Notes: a model not told the origin generated them from the sequence alone. 64,000 bases of DNA from the human T2T-CHM13v2.0 reference genome, Homo sapiens (GCF_009914755.1 NC_060938.1), one strand, 5' to 3'; positions 25,273 through 42,351 are shown, numbered from the stretch's first letter. Program-made: numbers and translations.

Positions 25273-26272
25273 TGTTGAGATAGGAAAAGGAAAGGTCATT
25301 TTGCTTTCACACTCAACACAATACTGAATACTTCACCTCAGGTCACCAAAATGTGTGAGGTTTCTCCCAATGATGCAGATTCTCCAGTAACACCAACTGG
25401 TAGTCCTCTAACAAAATTCAGTTCTGACACTATCTACCTAGAGATAGAATCAGATACCACAGGTTGAGGGCTCAGTCCCATAAGACTGCCCCCATTCAGA
25501 TGCCAGTTGTAAGCACAGGTTGTGGCCTATGCTTCTGACTGACTGGCAATAAATAGGGGTTCCCATGACCCCCTTCTTGGGTTCAATTAATTGGCTAGAG
25601 TGGCTCACAGAACTCAGGGCAACATTTTACTTACATTTACTGGCTTACTAAAAGAATATTTCAAGGATACAGATGAGCAGCAATATGGAAGAGATGTATA
25701 GGGTGAGGTATGGGAGAATGAGGGCAAAGCTTCCATGCCTTCTCCAGGCAGATCACTCTCCAGAAACCTCCACATGGTCAGTAATCTAGTGGTTCTCTGA
25801 ACCCAGACTTTTTGGAGTTTTATGAAAGCTTTATTACATAAATGATTTATTACACCATTGGCCATTGGTTGAACAAGTGAACCTTCAGCTCTACCCTACC
25901 AGGAGGTCAGGAGTGGAACTAAAATTTTAAACCCTCTAATCATATGGTTGATTCTCCTGACCCAGCCCCCATCCTGAGGCAATCCAGGAGCCCATCAAGA
26001 GTTGCTTCACTGGGACAAAAGATGCTCCTATCACTCTGGAAATTCCAAGGGATTTACGGGCTTTGTGTCAGGAACAGGGTCAAAGACCAAATGCACCTTT
26101 ATGTACAATGGTATTAGGAGCTCTATCTCAGAAACTAAAACAGAGACCAAAACAGAGACCAAGACAAAAGGTTCTCTAGTACCCTATTGCTCAGGAAATT
26201 ACCAGAGTTTTAGGAACTCTGTGCCAGGAAATTGGGACAAAGACTAATGTGTATATTTCTTGTTATTTCATA
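25273..26272 (-). mobile_element. MER21A/B-like ERVL LTR inserted in an L2 remnant
   Basis: ccacaggttgagggctcagtcccataagactgcccccattcagatgccag is the reverse of the MER21 body; flanks 25170-25272 and 26273-26430 are L2-like. Confidence 0.82.
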
Positions 26273-27816
26273 GTGTACCTGAAGGCACAGGATATGAATG
26301 CATGAACTACATTTAGGACATTATGAATAGCTCAGCCTGTCTCAAGTGGAAAAATTGCATGGGTGAAAAGCTTAGACTGAATTAATGAGTTAGGACCAGA
26401 TGGTAGAGAGTGCTGAGTTCATTCTATATTTGATGGGATTGGGCAGGATAGTGGAATTGCAAGATGCACCCAGTATTCAAGGAAGCATCCATGAGGAATC
26501 CAGACTATTTAGGAGAAATTTTCATCTAGGAAGAAAATGAAAAGTAGGACTCTGGGATGATAGAAAGAGTTTCAGAGACTTTTTGTTAAAATGATAGAGC
26601 AACTGTTACCTGGTGAATCTCAGCTTTTACTGTCATGAAATTAAGGTCAGCTGAATCTGACTTCTTTTGTAAAAGGGATAGGGATCTGTTTTGTAGCTCC
26701 CTTGACTGTGAATCACAATTCTGAGTTTTGTGTATAACTTTGGGAACAGGTTTCATATTTTATAATGATATCTTGTATTTTCATGGTGAAAGAACTTCTT
26801 TTAGCATTTGTACTTGTGTTCCAATTTGGGCCAAAATCAAAGAAGCCAAAATGAAGAAAAGAACTCAGGAATTATACCCTTAATTATGCCTTCATACAGA
26901 ATGGACAGGTCCCTAATTTATAATTAATTGCTCAAATTAAAGTGTTTATTTTAGCTACATTAAGTCCTGAAATCAAGAGAAAAAAATAAGGATTATGCCA
27001 AATTGTCTCACAAGATTATTTTAAAACCAAGGTCTTGTACTATAAATCAGGAGTGTTCTACAGGCCAACGTCTTTCTTTCATAATATTCTGGGAAACTTC
27101 ATTTGCAATTGAAGACTGCCAAAATGATAGGTACCAGATTTGATATTGTGAAAATCACCCTCTGCTTATATAAGGTTAAATTATTAGGTCAAAAACTGTA
27201 ATCTAAATGTTCTGAAACTCTATGTAAAAGGAGAAAAACATAGAAAAGCAGACTTTTCCTCTAGGCAATGTGATAGTGATTTTAATTAAGAGCTAGGAGT
27301 CTATAAGGGAAATCTAGGTTTATATGTATTAGGTTGAAATGAAATAGAACCTGAATTGAAATTGAACTGGATGCAAGAATTTGTTGAGTCATCCTTCCTT
27401 TATGCTCACTGATGTTTATTGACACATTGTTCCATATACCAAGATAGAAGATGAAATTCTAAAACATGCAAGATGGAAATTGAAAACAAAATCACAAAAT
27501 TATGTTGTTTAAATCAATATGTATATGAAAGTACAGATCAACTCTGAATACCTAATATTCCATGTCTGATGGATATATTTTATGAAGAAATGTATTGACA
27601 GTACTAGTACTAGTGAAGTGGCATGGAAAAGAGGCTGTAACTGCCCCCATTTCAACACTAATAAGATAGAACTGTGATTTTTTTTTTAACCTTTTGGAGA
27701 CCTTATTCACTTTAAAGTGAAATATTACAACTGAGCAATTAGATACTTGTAGACCTAAACGATCAGTCATAGTATCTTTTTGAGGTAAAATATTACCAAT
27801 AATACTTGTGAAATTA

Positions 27817-28005
27817 TAATGAATAATGATATTTAGGACGCACCTACTATGTGGCAGTCCTAAATCACTATACTAAGAGATACAAATGCATTAACGTTAG
27901 TGTTTATACATGGGGAAACTGAGACTCAGGAAAATTAAGTTATTGCCCAAGGCCACACAGCTAGCAAAATATCACAGATCTTCCTGGCTCTAAAACTCAT
28001 ATTCA
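27817..28005 (-). mobile_element. MIR SINE
   Basis: catggggaaactgagactcaggaaaattaagttattgcccaaggccacacagctag. Confidence 0.75.
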
Positions 28006-28239
28006 ATTTAGTTCTTCACCTATAACGTCAGTAACTTCTACTGTATTGTGCAATTCATGAGAGATAGGGACCATGTCTGTCTGGATTTTGACAAAAATAC
28101 TGTGCCTCAACCTCATTCAAGTCTAATTATATCAGAATTCTGGGGTTGAGAACCCAGGTATTTTATTATTTTGTTAAAGCTCCTAAGATAGTAGTTACAT
28201 GCAACCTAATTTCCCTGTTTTCCACTATCTTTGTGGAAT

Positions 28240-28387
28240 ACCTCATTGTACTACTAAAGCATCAGGTATCATTAACCCTATTTTTCAGATTTAAAAAATC
28301 AAGATTAAATCATTTATCTAAAGTCACATAGCAAATAAGTGAAGGAGCCAGGATTTAAGCTCAGTTTGTCCAGTTCCAAGGCCAATA
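28240..28387 (-). mobile_element. MIR SINE fragment
   Basis: aagtcacatagcaaataagtgaaggagccaggatttaagctcag. Confidence 0.65.
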
Positions 28388-28947
28388 TTTATTTTACAGC
28401 CAGTAAGTTATCTCCCTTCAAAGGAAATTAGTACATGTTTCTGAATATTAATAACCCCTTAAATTCTTCAAATGACAAACATAAATATTATGAGTTTTTC
28501 TAACTTTCAAAGTCTTAGCAGAAAAAGATCTACGTGCCAAGCATCATTGCAATTAACCTGTTTATCAACTTGAGTTATTGCATATTGCATTATTTTATGC
28601 CTGAACATACTACTTCCAAAATCTATTCTACAATTATTCCAGCTCTACTAGGGAAACTTACAGGACCAAAATAAAATGTCCCTCTACAAAAATCAGAGAA
28701 TTGTATGCTAGTTTTATTTTAATAGGCTATTGATTGTTTACCAGTAAAAAGTTATCTCATTTATTTTATCTTGTAAGGTACACATTCCAGGCATTTAATT
28801 TTTTATGGCTTGGAAGCTAGGGAAGTATTGGAAAGCTAACTTTGTGTCTGGGTCAAATAAAGCCTCTTTTCAATCAGGCAATATAAATTTCAGTTGTCCT
28901 GTTAGGAGCATTAGGGGGAAGGATATGAATCAAGGTTATGAAGTTAA

Positions 28948-28981
28948 GTATTGCTTGCCATCATGTATTGCTTGCCATCAT
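28948..28981. repeat. Perfect 17-bp tandem duplication
   Basis: gtattgcttgccatcat x2. Confidence 0.95.
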
Positions 28982-29660
28982 ACTAAAAAATGCAAGATGA
29001 ATCTCTTTGCCAAATGACGAAAGTCTGTGTTCCAAGAGAATGCAATGCTACACCTTTTCCCACATGGTTCCTCCAATCTGTGGTCAGGAACAACTCAGAT
29101 CCTTACCAGAAACTCACTGGTGCCTTCACCAATGGTAGTTGGTGAGCACCTGCTGGTAGGGAAATGTAGATTAAATGAAGACAGTGTAGCCAGGAAAAAA
29201 TCGCCAGTGAGTTGAAAGAATGGGGTTTGATTTTTCCCATATTTCCTGGCATTTCCAAGCTCCCTAGCCTTGCAAATCAGGATGTTTGCAGTCTCTTGCC
29301 ATATCATCATTAAGAATAACAACACAAAACTCTAGGAGTGCAGATTTCCATTTACTGTCTGGAGGAAGGTATAATATAAGAGTGATATGTAATATTAGAG
29401 CAATCCATGATTGGGAGGGGGTGCACTGATTTAATCATTTGCATGAATAACAGCATAGATAGCAATTACTTTGTGTTTGGTACTGTCCTTAGTCTTTAGA
29501 TATATTAATTCTGGAGGGTCACTAAGATGTGAGCTTCCCAATGAGAAAGACTTCATCTTCTTGTTCTCCTTGTATCCACATGGTACACATTCAATGGATA
29601 TTGGAAAATTACATCATATTGAATATATACAACACCATATCATCTAGGCACTGTCATGCT

Positions 29661-30035
29661 AATCATTTCATCCAATTGTTATGATTCTGTACTCAATGGG
29701 CACTTGGTTGGTAAAAGCAAGGTTAGGATTTTGAACTCAGAACTCAGACTTCCTGATCCTGTACTCTTAACAATTAAAACAGTCTAATTCCTAACTGACC
29801 AGTCTAATTCTGTTGGAAAAATATATGGTGCTCATGAGAGTACCGTATATTTTGTGTTCACGGGAATCATTTTACCGAAGTGTTATGATTCTGTACCCAA
29901 TAGGCACTTGGTTGGTAAGGGTAAGGTTAGGATTTTGAACTCAGAGCTCAGACTGCCTGATCCTATGCTCTTAATAATTAAGGCATACTTCTTAACTGAC
30001 CAGTCTAATTCTGTTGGCAAAATATACAGTGCTCA
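29661..30035. repeat. Diverged direct duplication of about 172 bp (period 204 bp)
   Basis: 29661-29834 vs 29865-30035; manual alignment gives 21 mismatches plus one 3-bp gap (about 86% identity). Confidence 0.95.
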
Positions 30036-32190
30036 CAGGAATGACCTTCTTTCTATTCAGAAAGATCAATTCTTTGTAGAAGTAGCCGTTTTCCCATCAT
30101 GAAACATCAACATCCTTTGAAATGTCTCCGGATAATTAAACTCATGTTGTCTGTGTCTGGGAATCAAGTGAACAGTGGACTGATTAAGAAACTCTTCAAT
30201 TTGTAGTTCTCCATAGGCAACCTGCAGTGGAGAGAATCAAGATTTGAAGGACTTCCCATCTGCACAGACAGTTAATAAAGCTAGGGTGATCCCAGCCTCT
30301 TCAATGGCAACATGGCAACTGCTGAGCCCCTTTTCTATTACAGAAATACACTCTCTTCTCCTATTTACCTCTCTGATCCCAAAGGCAAAGATATGAAGTA
30401 ACCAAATAAAAGACCAAATTCTAACACCTGGCTCCAAGGATTGGAAAATGTCATACAATACTTTGACCAACGCATTTTGCCAGACATGCGTACATTTGGG
30501 AATTAATTACCTGCTGGTTGCCAGGTATAGCCCTAGGCATTGAAAGTCGAAAGATTAATAAACATGACCCAAGCTTTAGAAAAGTTCACCATTTAAGGAG
30601 TATAGAGACCCATAAACATATCATTAAAGTAGAAATGCCAGGATGGATTATGTCCAAAGCACAAAGGGAGCACAAAGGAAAGAGGGATAAATAGAGAAAT
30701 CTAGAAGGCACACTAAAATAAAAACCTTGAATGAGGCTACCAGTTCTTTTATTAACTGTCAAAATAGTATTACAATGACAGACATTGATTATTTGCCTGC
30801 TAATAAGGGGACTAGTGGGAAAGGCAAATGTGTGTTTTAGGAAAACTCCTTTTCCAGGTTCAGTAGCTAGGAAAAATGCTACTCTGCTTGACAACACATA
30901 CATATGTGCAGCATATTAATTTCTGATAACTTAACATTTGAAAAAAGTAATGCTGGGCATGGATAAGATTTAATCCCTTTATGGCAAATTTAAATAATAT
31001 GTCAAGCATGATTTAGAAAGTTAAAATTATGGTCTTTCCTATGTAGCTAAAATATACTGGCAGACTCCTTAAAACTATAAAGTTTAGCATGACCATAATT
31101 GTCTCAAATTTGCTTACACATACTAATCTGACAATACTTTCCAAACTATTAAGACAGTTGGTTTGGATATAGCAGTCATGGAAGTTAGATTTCACCACTC
31201 AGATCTTTTGCACTTGGAAAACTGAGGAAATCAACAACAATATGAAGTGGGATATAAAAGAATTCATGTGGCTGACACAGAGCCGTGTCTGAATCTCAAG
31301 AGAGGCTTTTTTTGTGGGGGAAGGTGGCAGTTGGAAGGGGAAGAAAGAAGCCTGTAGAAGACTGTGGCATCGAAATGGAAACTGGAAAGTCTCAAGGGAC
31401 AAAAGGAATACATTAGGCCTTTAGTTAAATTGTTTGCAATTGTTTGGACAAAAGCAATAGATCAAAAACTAATGGTCTCAAAGGTGCTTCAAGTTGTATC
31501 TTTACAATGCTTTAACAAAAGACAATTGGGTGGGAAATTTTGTCAAACTAGTTATTTGAGTATGTGGAAAAGAAATCTCCAGAGTTCGCAGTTGTGATAG
31601 CATTGTGAAGACACAACAGAATCTCTCCCTGGCAAACAAAGCCACTTACCAGCCTTTTCTGTGCTCTGCCCAGGAAGCTCTAGGGAAAACCACATTGATC
31701 TTTCTGCCAATCCAGCTTCTTATTCCTTCTTTCCCAGAAAGTTTTATTTTTTCTCTCTTTGTCATTCTGAATAAATTTTTTTTAAAAAAGAAAATTTGTG
31801 AAATTAGTAGCCAAATCAAATGAATTCAGAGCATGTTTAACACAGGCAAAATGAGTTTTTATTAGAAAGCATTTTCTTGATTTGTTGCAGGGGATGATGA
31901 GACAGAAAAGAAAAACATTTATAGAGGGGCTTGAAATTTCTTATTTCTGTCCAAGCCTAGCTATTTCCTTCTAACTAAAAATGTATGGAAAGTTGTGTTT
32001 TAAAAATTAGTAAGTTGAGCCATCAATCTCCCTTTAAATATTAATTCTAAAATTACCTTAAAAGACATTTAAAGACTTGAACACAGGGGCAGACAAAACA
32101 GTCGGGTACAATTGGGTCTTTTTGGCCTGAATTCTGGCCCTGCAATGTTAGATCATTTCTTTGCTTCCCTGTGCAGAAGGTTCTAATCTA

Positions 32191-32600
32191 TAATTGACTC
32201 TTGAACAACTTGGGGGTTAGGGGCGCCAACCCTCCTCCACATAGTTGAAAATCTACCTGTATCTTTTGACTCCCTCAAAACTTTATTAATAGCTTACTGT
32301 TGACCAGAAGCCTCACTGGTAACATAAACAGTCAATTAACACATATTTTGTATGTTATATGTATCAAATACTGTATTCTTACAATAAAGTAAGCTAGAGA
32401 AAAGAAAATGTTATTAAGAAAGAGAGAATATATTTACTACTCATTAAGTGGAAGGGGATCATCAAAACGTTTTTCATCTTTGTCATCTTCATGATGACTA
32501 GACTACGGAGGGATGGAAGAAGAGGGATTGGCCTTGCTGTCTCAAGGGTGACAGAGGTGGACCCGTGCAGTCCAAACCCATGTAACTTAAGTGTCAACTG
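32191..32600 (+). mobile_element. Tigger2a-like TcMar DNA transposon
   Basis: Termini taattgactcttgaacaac ... taagtgtcaactg flanked by TA at 32189-32190 and 32601-32602. Confidence 0.88.
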
Positions 32601-32617
32601 TACCACTTGAACATCGC

Positions 32618-32803
32618 TCAGAGGGAGCAAACTAATGTCCTGTGAGATGACTGCTTGTTTTCATAAATAAAGTTTAATTGGAACACAGTCATACCAATTC
32701 ATTTAAATTTTGTCTATGACTGTCCTCACATTCTAATAGCAGAGTCATGACAGGGACTCACGGGCATGCAAGAATGGAAACTGCAGAAAGTGTGCTGACT
32801 CCA
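32618..32803. mobile_element. MER58A-like hAT MITE
   Basis: gttttcataaataaagtttaattggaacacagtcataccaattcattta...ttgtctatgactg. Confidence 0.65.
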
Positions 32804-32949
32804 TTTATAAGGATAGTCTTTGCAGGAAGAAACTAACCAAAGTACTTTAAAGAGTCAGCACTTTAGATTCTGAGATGGATGGGGTCATTGACAGACCGCC
32901 CCAATTGCTCCTCTCCCAGCTCCCCTGACCTGTCCTACCTGCAGGTAAT

Positions 32950-33268
32950 ATCTCTCTTGAACACCAAGCATTTTTGACTCTGTCTGCCTTTGCTTATGTT
33001 TTCCATTCCAGTTAATGCAACCTTTCTCCTTTTCCCATTTAACAAAGGTCTTCTCTGATTCTCCCAGGAAGGATTAATCTCTGCCTTATGATCACTACTG
33101 AACCACTGTTGCAACGCTACATTAGCCCTTATCACATTGTATTGTGACTCTGCCTTGATTGCTATGCATGAACTCCTGGGAGACAGAAAATCTGTCTTAT
33201 CTCTCCTGGTGCTGAGTAAGGTGTCTAGCATTTAGTAGATACTCGATAAATGTTGAAGCCAACTGAAA
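32950..33268 (+). mobile_element. L2 3' portion
   Basis: tgaactcctgggagacagaaaatctgtcttat...tagtagatactcgataaatgttg. Confidence 0.65.
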
Positions 33269-33974
33269 AATTATCTCAAGCAATTCATACAGGTCCCAAA
33301 AGAAAGGCATGGATGGTTTCTTAGAACCTATTTGCAATTTTATTATTTTAGTAGGAAGTAAGTCCCTGAATGAACGGGACAAAAAGCAAATAAATTATGA
33401 GAGGGAAGGAGAAGTCAAAAAACATCTGGAGCATGGAATGCCTCCAAAAGGTCAAGGCCTTTGAAAACAAGAGAAAAGCATTCTGGATCAGATTCCGAAG
33501 ACCAGCTTTCTAACTTTGATGTCCTACCTTGCTCCAGTCCTCTCATCCACAGCTCCCTTTCACATCCATTCTCTCCCCATCTCAATGCTCCTTTTGGGAT
33601 TATTGTCTTTCTTTTCTACCTGCCCAAGTCCCAAAGGCCTCTCTTACCCTCACTACTATTCCTTCTTTCTCTTCCATCCTCCCTTTCTTATATTGCCTAT
33701 CTCTAAATATTAGCCTAACGAGATATTCTTCAAACAGGCTGTTTCTGTATTTATTTATTTTTGTATTATCAATTTTACATGTTCTTAAATTTCTGCTATA
33801 TTCTCTTTCATTGTTTAGGTAATTTTCCATGAATTACTGAGTGATTAGCATTAGCTGAATTTGGGTTTTCACTCCCAGGAAGGTAGTAAAATGAGTTCCT
33901 TTTCTTTCTTTTGTGTTTGTTTTTTTACATGGCATGCAGTTCATTCCTTCGAACACCCCTTACCACTAGTTAAA

Positions 33975-34020
33975 TGTGTTAGCCAGGGTTCTCTGGAGAA
34001 ACAGAACCAATAAGACACAT
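33975..34020 (-). mobile_element. MLT2 (HERV-L LTR) terminal fragment
   Basis: tgtgttagccagggttctctggagaaacagaaccaataag. Confidence 0.55.
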
Positions 34021-34853
34021 TGAGCTATTCTCACTTTTATTTTTTGAAGCCTTTTGTTTCCCCAAAAGTGACTGTCAACTAACATCAGCAGTCAGGCAGT
34101 GATGATCTACTTAATGTTTATCTCTTGAGCCTCTTGAGCCTGACTGCTTTGGACTCCTTTATACCTCTTTAGGGGCCACTGCGCCTGCAGTTCACTCCCA
34201 GAAGAGTCTGCCAATTACGTGGTGTTCTGCTAACTAGGACTTGGGGCCTGAAACATTCGTCAGTCTCTTAAGTGTTTCTTAAACAGGTGCATACCCTCCA
34301 GTCTCTGACTACAATTTCATCTTCATGGATGGCTAATTATATAATGTAGGAGTAAAAGCACATACTTTGAAAAACATACATTAAAAAAATACAGATACTG
34401 ACTCACACTTTAGCGGGAGGATCCTGCCAAAACGTACTAGAAAAACACCCTTTCTGCTCTTATACAATCACCTTTGTAGGGATGTGTGCTTTTTGCCCTT
34501 CATGCATATTTTCCCATTTCTTCTGGAAAAATAAACATTTATTTGCTTTTAGAAACTACCATCTTCATCTATGTGCTAAAGGAGAGGCTTGTGACTTTTA
34601 TCCCCCTCCTTACCCCATTTTTTTTTTGAAATGTTTTTCTTTTTTTAAATGATACTTTAAGTTCTGGGATACACGTGCAGAACGTGCAGGTTTGTTACAT
34701 AGGTATACACATGCCATGGTGGTTTGCTGCACCTATCAACCCATTATCTACATTAGGTATTTCTCCTAATGCTTTCCTTCTGCTAGCCCCCACACCCCCT
34801 GACAAGCCCCAAGGTGTGATGTTCCCCTTCCTGTGTCCATGTGTTCTCATTGT

Positions 34854-38656
<3,803 letters not shown>

Positions 38657-38716
38657 AATGCCAGCTGGTTATTTTGCCCATTAGTTCATGCAATTTCTTC
38701 ATAGTGTTGATGATCT

Positions 38717-39742
38717 TTACAATATGGTATGTTTTTCCAGTGTCTGGTACCAGTTTTTCCTTTCCATATTTAGTGCTTCCTTCAGGAGCTCTTGTAAGGC
38801 AGGCCTGGTGGTGACAAAATCTCTCAGCATTTGCTTATCTATAAAGGATCTTATTTCTCTTTCACTTATGAAGCTTAGTTTGGCTGGATATGAAATTCTG
38901 GGTTGAAAATTATTTTCTTTAAGAATGTTGAATCTTGGCCCCCACTCTCTTCTGGCTTGTATGGTTTCTGCAGAGAGATCCACTGTAGGTCTGATGGGCT
39001 TCCCTTTGTGGGTAACTCAACCTTTCTCTCTGGCTGCCCTTAACATCTTTTCCTTCATTTTAACCTTGATGAATCTGATGATTATGTGTCTTGGGGTTGC
39101 TCTTCTCAAGGAGTATCTTTGTGGTGTTCTCTGTGTTTCTTGAATTTGAATGTTGACCTGTCTTGCTAGGTTGGGGAAGTTCTCCTGGATAATATCCTGA
39201 AGAGTGTTTTCCAGCTTGCTTCCATTCTCCCCATCACTTTCAGGTACACTAATCAAAGGTAGGTTTGGTCTTTTCACATGGTCCTATATTTCTTGGAGGA
39301 CTTGTTCATTCCTTTTCATTCCTTTTTCTCTAATCTTGTCTTCATGCTTTATTTCATTAAGTTGATCTTCAAACTCTGATATCCTTTCTTCCACTTAATC
39401 AGTTTGGCTATTGATACTTGTGTATGCTTCACGAAGTTCTCGTGCTGTGTTTTTCAGCTCCATCAGGTCATTTATGTTCTTCTCTAAACTGGTTATTCTA
39501 GTTAGCAATTCATGTAACCTTTTTTCAAAGTTCTCAGCTTCTTTGCATTGGGTTAGAACATGCTCCTTTAGCTCAGAGGAGTTTGTTATTACCCACCTTC
39601 TGAACCCTACTTCTGTCAACTCATCAAACTCATTCTCCATGCAATTTTGTTTCCTTGCTGGTGAGGAGTTGTGATCCTTTGGAGGAGAAGAGGCATTCTG
39701 GTTTTTGGAATTTTCAGCCTTTTTGTGCTGGTTTTTCCTCAT
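38717..39742 (-). pseudogene. L1 ORF1 (RNA-binding protein), disrupted
   Basis: MRKNQHKKAENSKNQ..., KRPNLPLISVPE, ARREWG...QPRISYPAKLSF lie in three separate ORFs. Confidence 0.95.
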
Positions 39743-41825
39743 CTTCATGGATTTATATACCTTTGGTCCTTGATGTTGGTGACCTTTGAATGTTTACTCC
39801 ATCTTTTGTGGTATACTAAGAGTAGATGACTCAGATATGTCCAATAAGAACACACAGATATTGGCATAGGACTTGATGGCACCCTAATTGGCCAATTAGA
39901 GTCATTGCTTGCTGAAACTATTGCTAAAGAGGTTCTATTTCCTTTCTCACTGAGACAGTAAATAGCAAGGACCAAGTAAACTGAAAAGAACCAAGGGCTG
40001 TCTATTCTACCACCACCGAGAAAAGAAACTGCTTAAGAATGAGGCTCGTACCAACAAAATTAGAGCAGAGAGAGGGAGAGGTTCTAATATCATACACACC
40101 TTTCTTTGGATGCAGGAGTGCCAGAGTTGGCAGCATTCCTAGAGTTCTCATTTGGGTGAAATGTAAATGGACTATCTGTTACTTGCATGTTTTAAAATCT
40201 CAACTGATTTTCCTGTTAATCCTGGATGTCTTTTTAGGACCTTTGAAGTAAGACTTGGAATTGTTTGTATACAGTTTCTGTTAGCAAAGAATAAATTTGA
40301 GATAATAAAAGGAAATAGTCATTATATACTGAAACATCTAGTTAGTTGCTTGGCTACTTAGGAAAGTGGTTCTCTTTTACTAATGGGAAACTATTGCAAC
40401 ACAATTTGTCTTGCCATATTGCAATTTGAAATACTTTCATGTAAACTTGTGCATAAAATTCTACCCAATGCTCTTTCTAAAATTTTATGGCTTATTCTAA
40501 TATGACCACTAAAACTGATTATTGGATAAATACACATATGACATGCTTTGTTTTGATAACTACTGTTTTTTTTTATTATTTTGCTATATCCATATGTTCA
40601 TGTACTTTTGATGCTGAAAAACAGAAATTTTAAAAGTATTAATGTAAGACTTTCCAGAAAGTAATTTTAATGTGTGGGTGTATGTATGTTTTGTTTAACT
40701 GAGACTGAAGTGTTTTTTTTTTCTTCTACTGGTCTTTTTGTGGGCTATGATTGTAAAAACTAACATGATAATTGTTGAGTAAAGATTTTCTAAATGATCT
40801 TTTTTATTTGATATAATGTGTCAATAACCTTATTCAGGACTCATCTATTTAACAATTCAATCCTAAACATTTCTTTTCAATAAGTAATAAAGCTCTGCTG
40901 CTAAAAATATACATAAAAGTATTCTCATTGCAACATTTGTGAGAAAATTAGAAATAGCCTCTGTTAATAAAAAAGTGCTTTAATTTTAGTATCAACCGTA
41001 ATTACAAAATTTAATGTTTGCAATGATTTAAAAGTAAATTTTAAAGTAGTAAATTCCATGGAAAGAACTCCTGGTATACTGCTAACTTAAAAAAAAAGTA
41101 TGTAATATGTATGCATTATGATATTAATTTTATAGAACAAAATTTATAAAAAGCAATTAGAAGAGAGAACATAGGGTAGCGAAGTTATGGACAATTTTTA
41201 TTTAGTTATTTATACTTGTCTATGCTCTTCGTATGATTGCCTATGAAGAGGTGTTATTTAATAATCAGAAAAAAATCTTAGAAATAACACCTAGAACAGT
41301 CAAAGGTATGCTGATATGGAAACAACTTACAATATTGGTGGTACAACAAATTAATTTATCATTTTAGAATAGATAACTCCTTCAAACAAGCCCATAATAT
41401 TTTCATTAGTAAAATGAAGCAAATAATCCTGAAAATTGCTAAATATAGGCACCAAAGGTATGTTCTTTACAAAATAATTATTTGTTACTATGAAAAAATT
41501 GAAAGTAACCAAAGGGCATAACCTCTAGTATATAGATGAAAAAAGTACAAATTACATATCTTTTGCAATTACATCTATGTAATTAATCTAAAGATGATGA
41601 AAAATCCAAAAGCCTATTTTGCTTTAACAACAACAACAACAAAATTTTGCTTTAACAACAACAAAAATAACTACCAAAAAAGAAAAAAATAAAGACCAAG
41701 CGAAATGTAAAGTTAATGAGCAAATCTCCTCTGATTTATTAGATAAGCCTTTTTTAGATGTATCAAAAGATTTTCAATTTCCTAAATTTCTTTCAAGTAA
41801 GACTGTTTCTCAAAATGATTCATAT

Positions 41826-41840
41826 GGGAGGGAGGGAGGG
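41826..41840 (+). repeat. (GGGA)3GGG canonical G-quadruplex motif
   Basis: gggagggagggaggg. Confidence 0.7.
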
Positions 41841-41969
41841 CAGAATGTTTATACTTTAAAAAAATTTATACTTTAAACAGAAAGCAAAAATTACATGGTG
41901 CACAAACATATAGAAATTTGAAAATTGAGCTCAAAAGGTTGATCATATGTTTAATATTATGTAGATATC

Positions 41970-42351
41970 TGTTATGAGTGAAATATTTGTGTCCCTCTAA
42001 AATTTGTATTTGAAACCCTAACCACTAATGTGACAGCACTTGGAGACAGGGCACTTGGGAAGCGATTTGAATTAGATGGGGTCATGAAGGTGAGGACCTC
42101 GTGATAGGATTAGTAGCTTTCTAAGAAGAAGAGAAAGAATGCATCTGAGGAAAGGTCATGTGCTCACATGTGCTCACACCTGCAGAATGCCACTGTCTGC
42201 AAGCCAGGACGAGAGTCCTCACCAGAAACCAAATGGGCCAGCACCTTGATCTTGGACCTCCCAGCCTCCAGAACTGTGGGAAATAAATTTCTGTTGTTTA
42301 AGCCACCCAGTCTGTGGTATTTTGTTATGGCAGGCCAAACCCACTAATATA
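41970..42351 (+). mobile_element. MLT1A-like MaLR solo LTR
   Basis: gcaccttgatcttggacctcccagcctccagaactgtgggaaataaatttctgttgtttaagccacccagtctgtgg; exact TSD atatc at 41965-41969 and 42352-42356. Confidence 0.9.

Noticed and set aside
39787-39815. AAGATGG on the - strand just past the L1 5' end, suggesting a spliced L1 (SpIRE) retaining its first bases
   Set aside because: Only 7 nt match the L1 start, the following bases do not, and it lies outside the apparent TSD.
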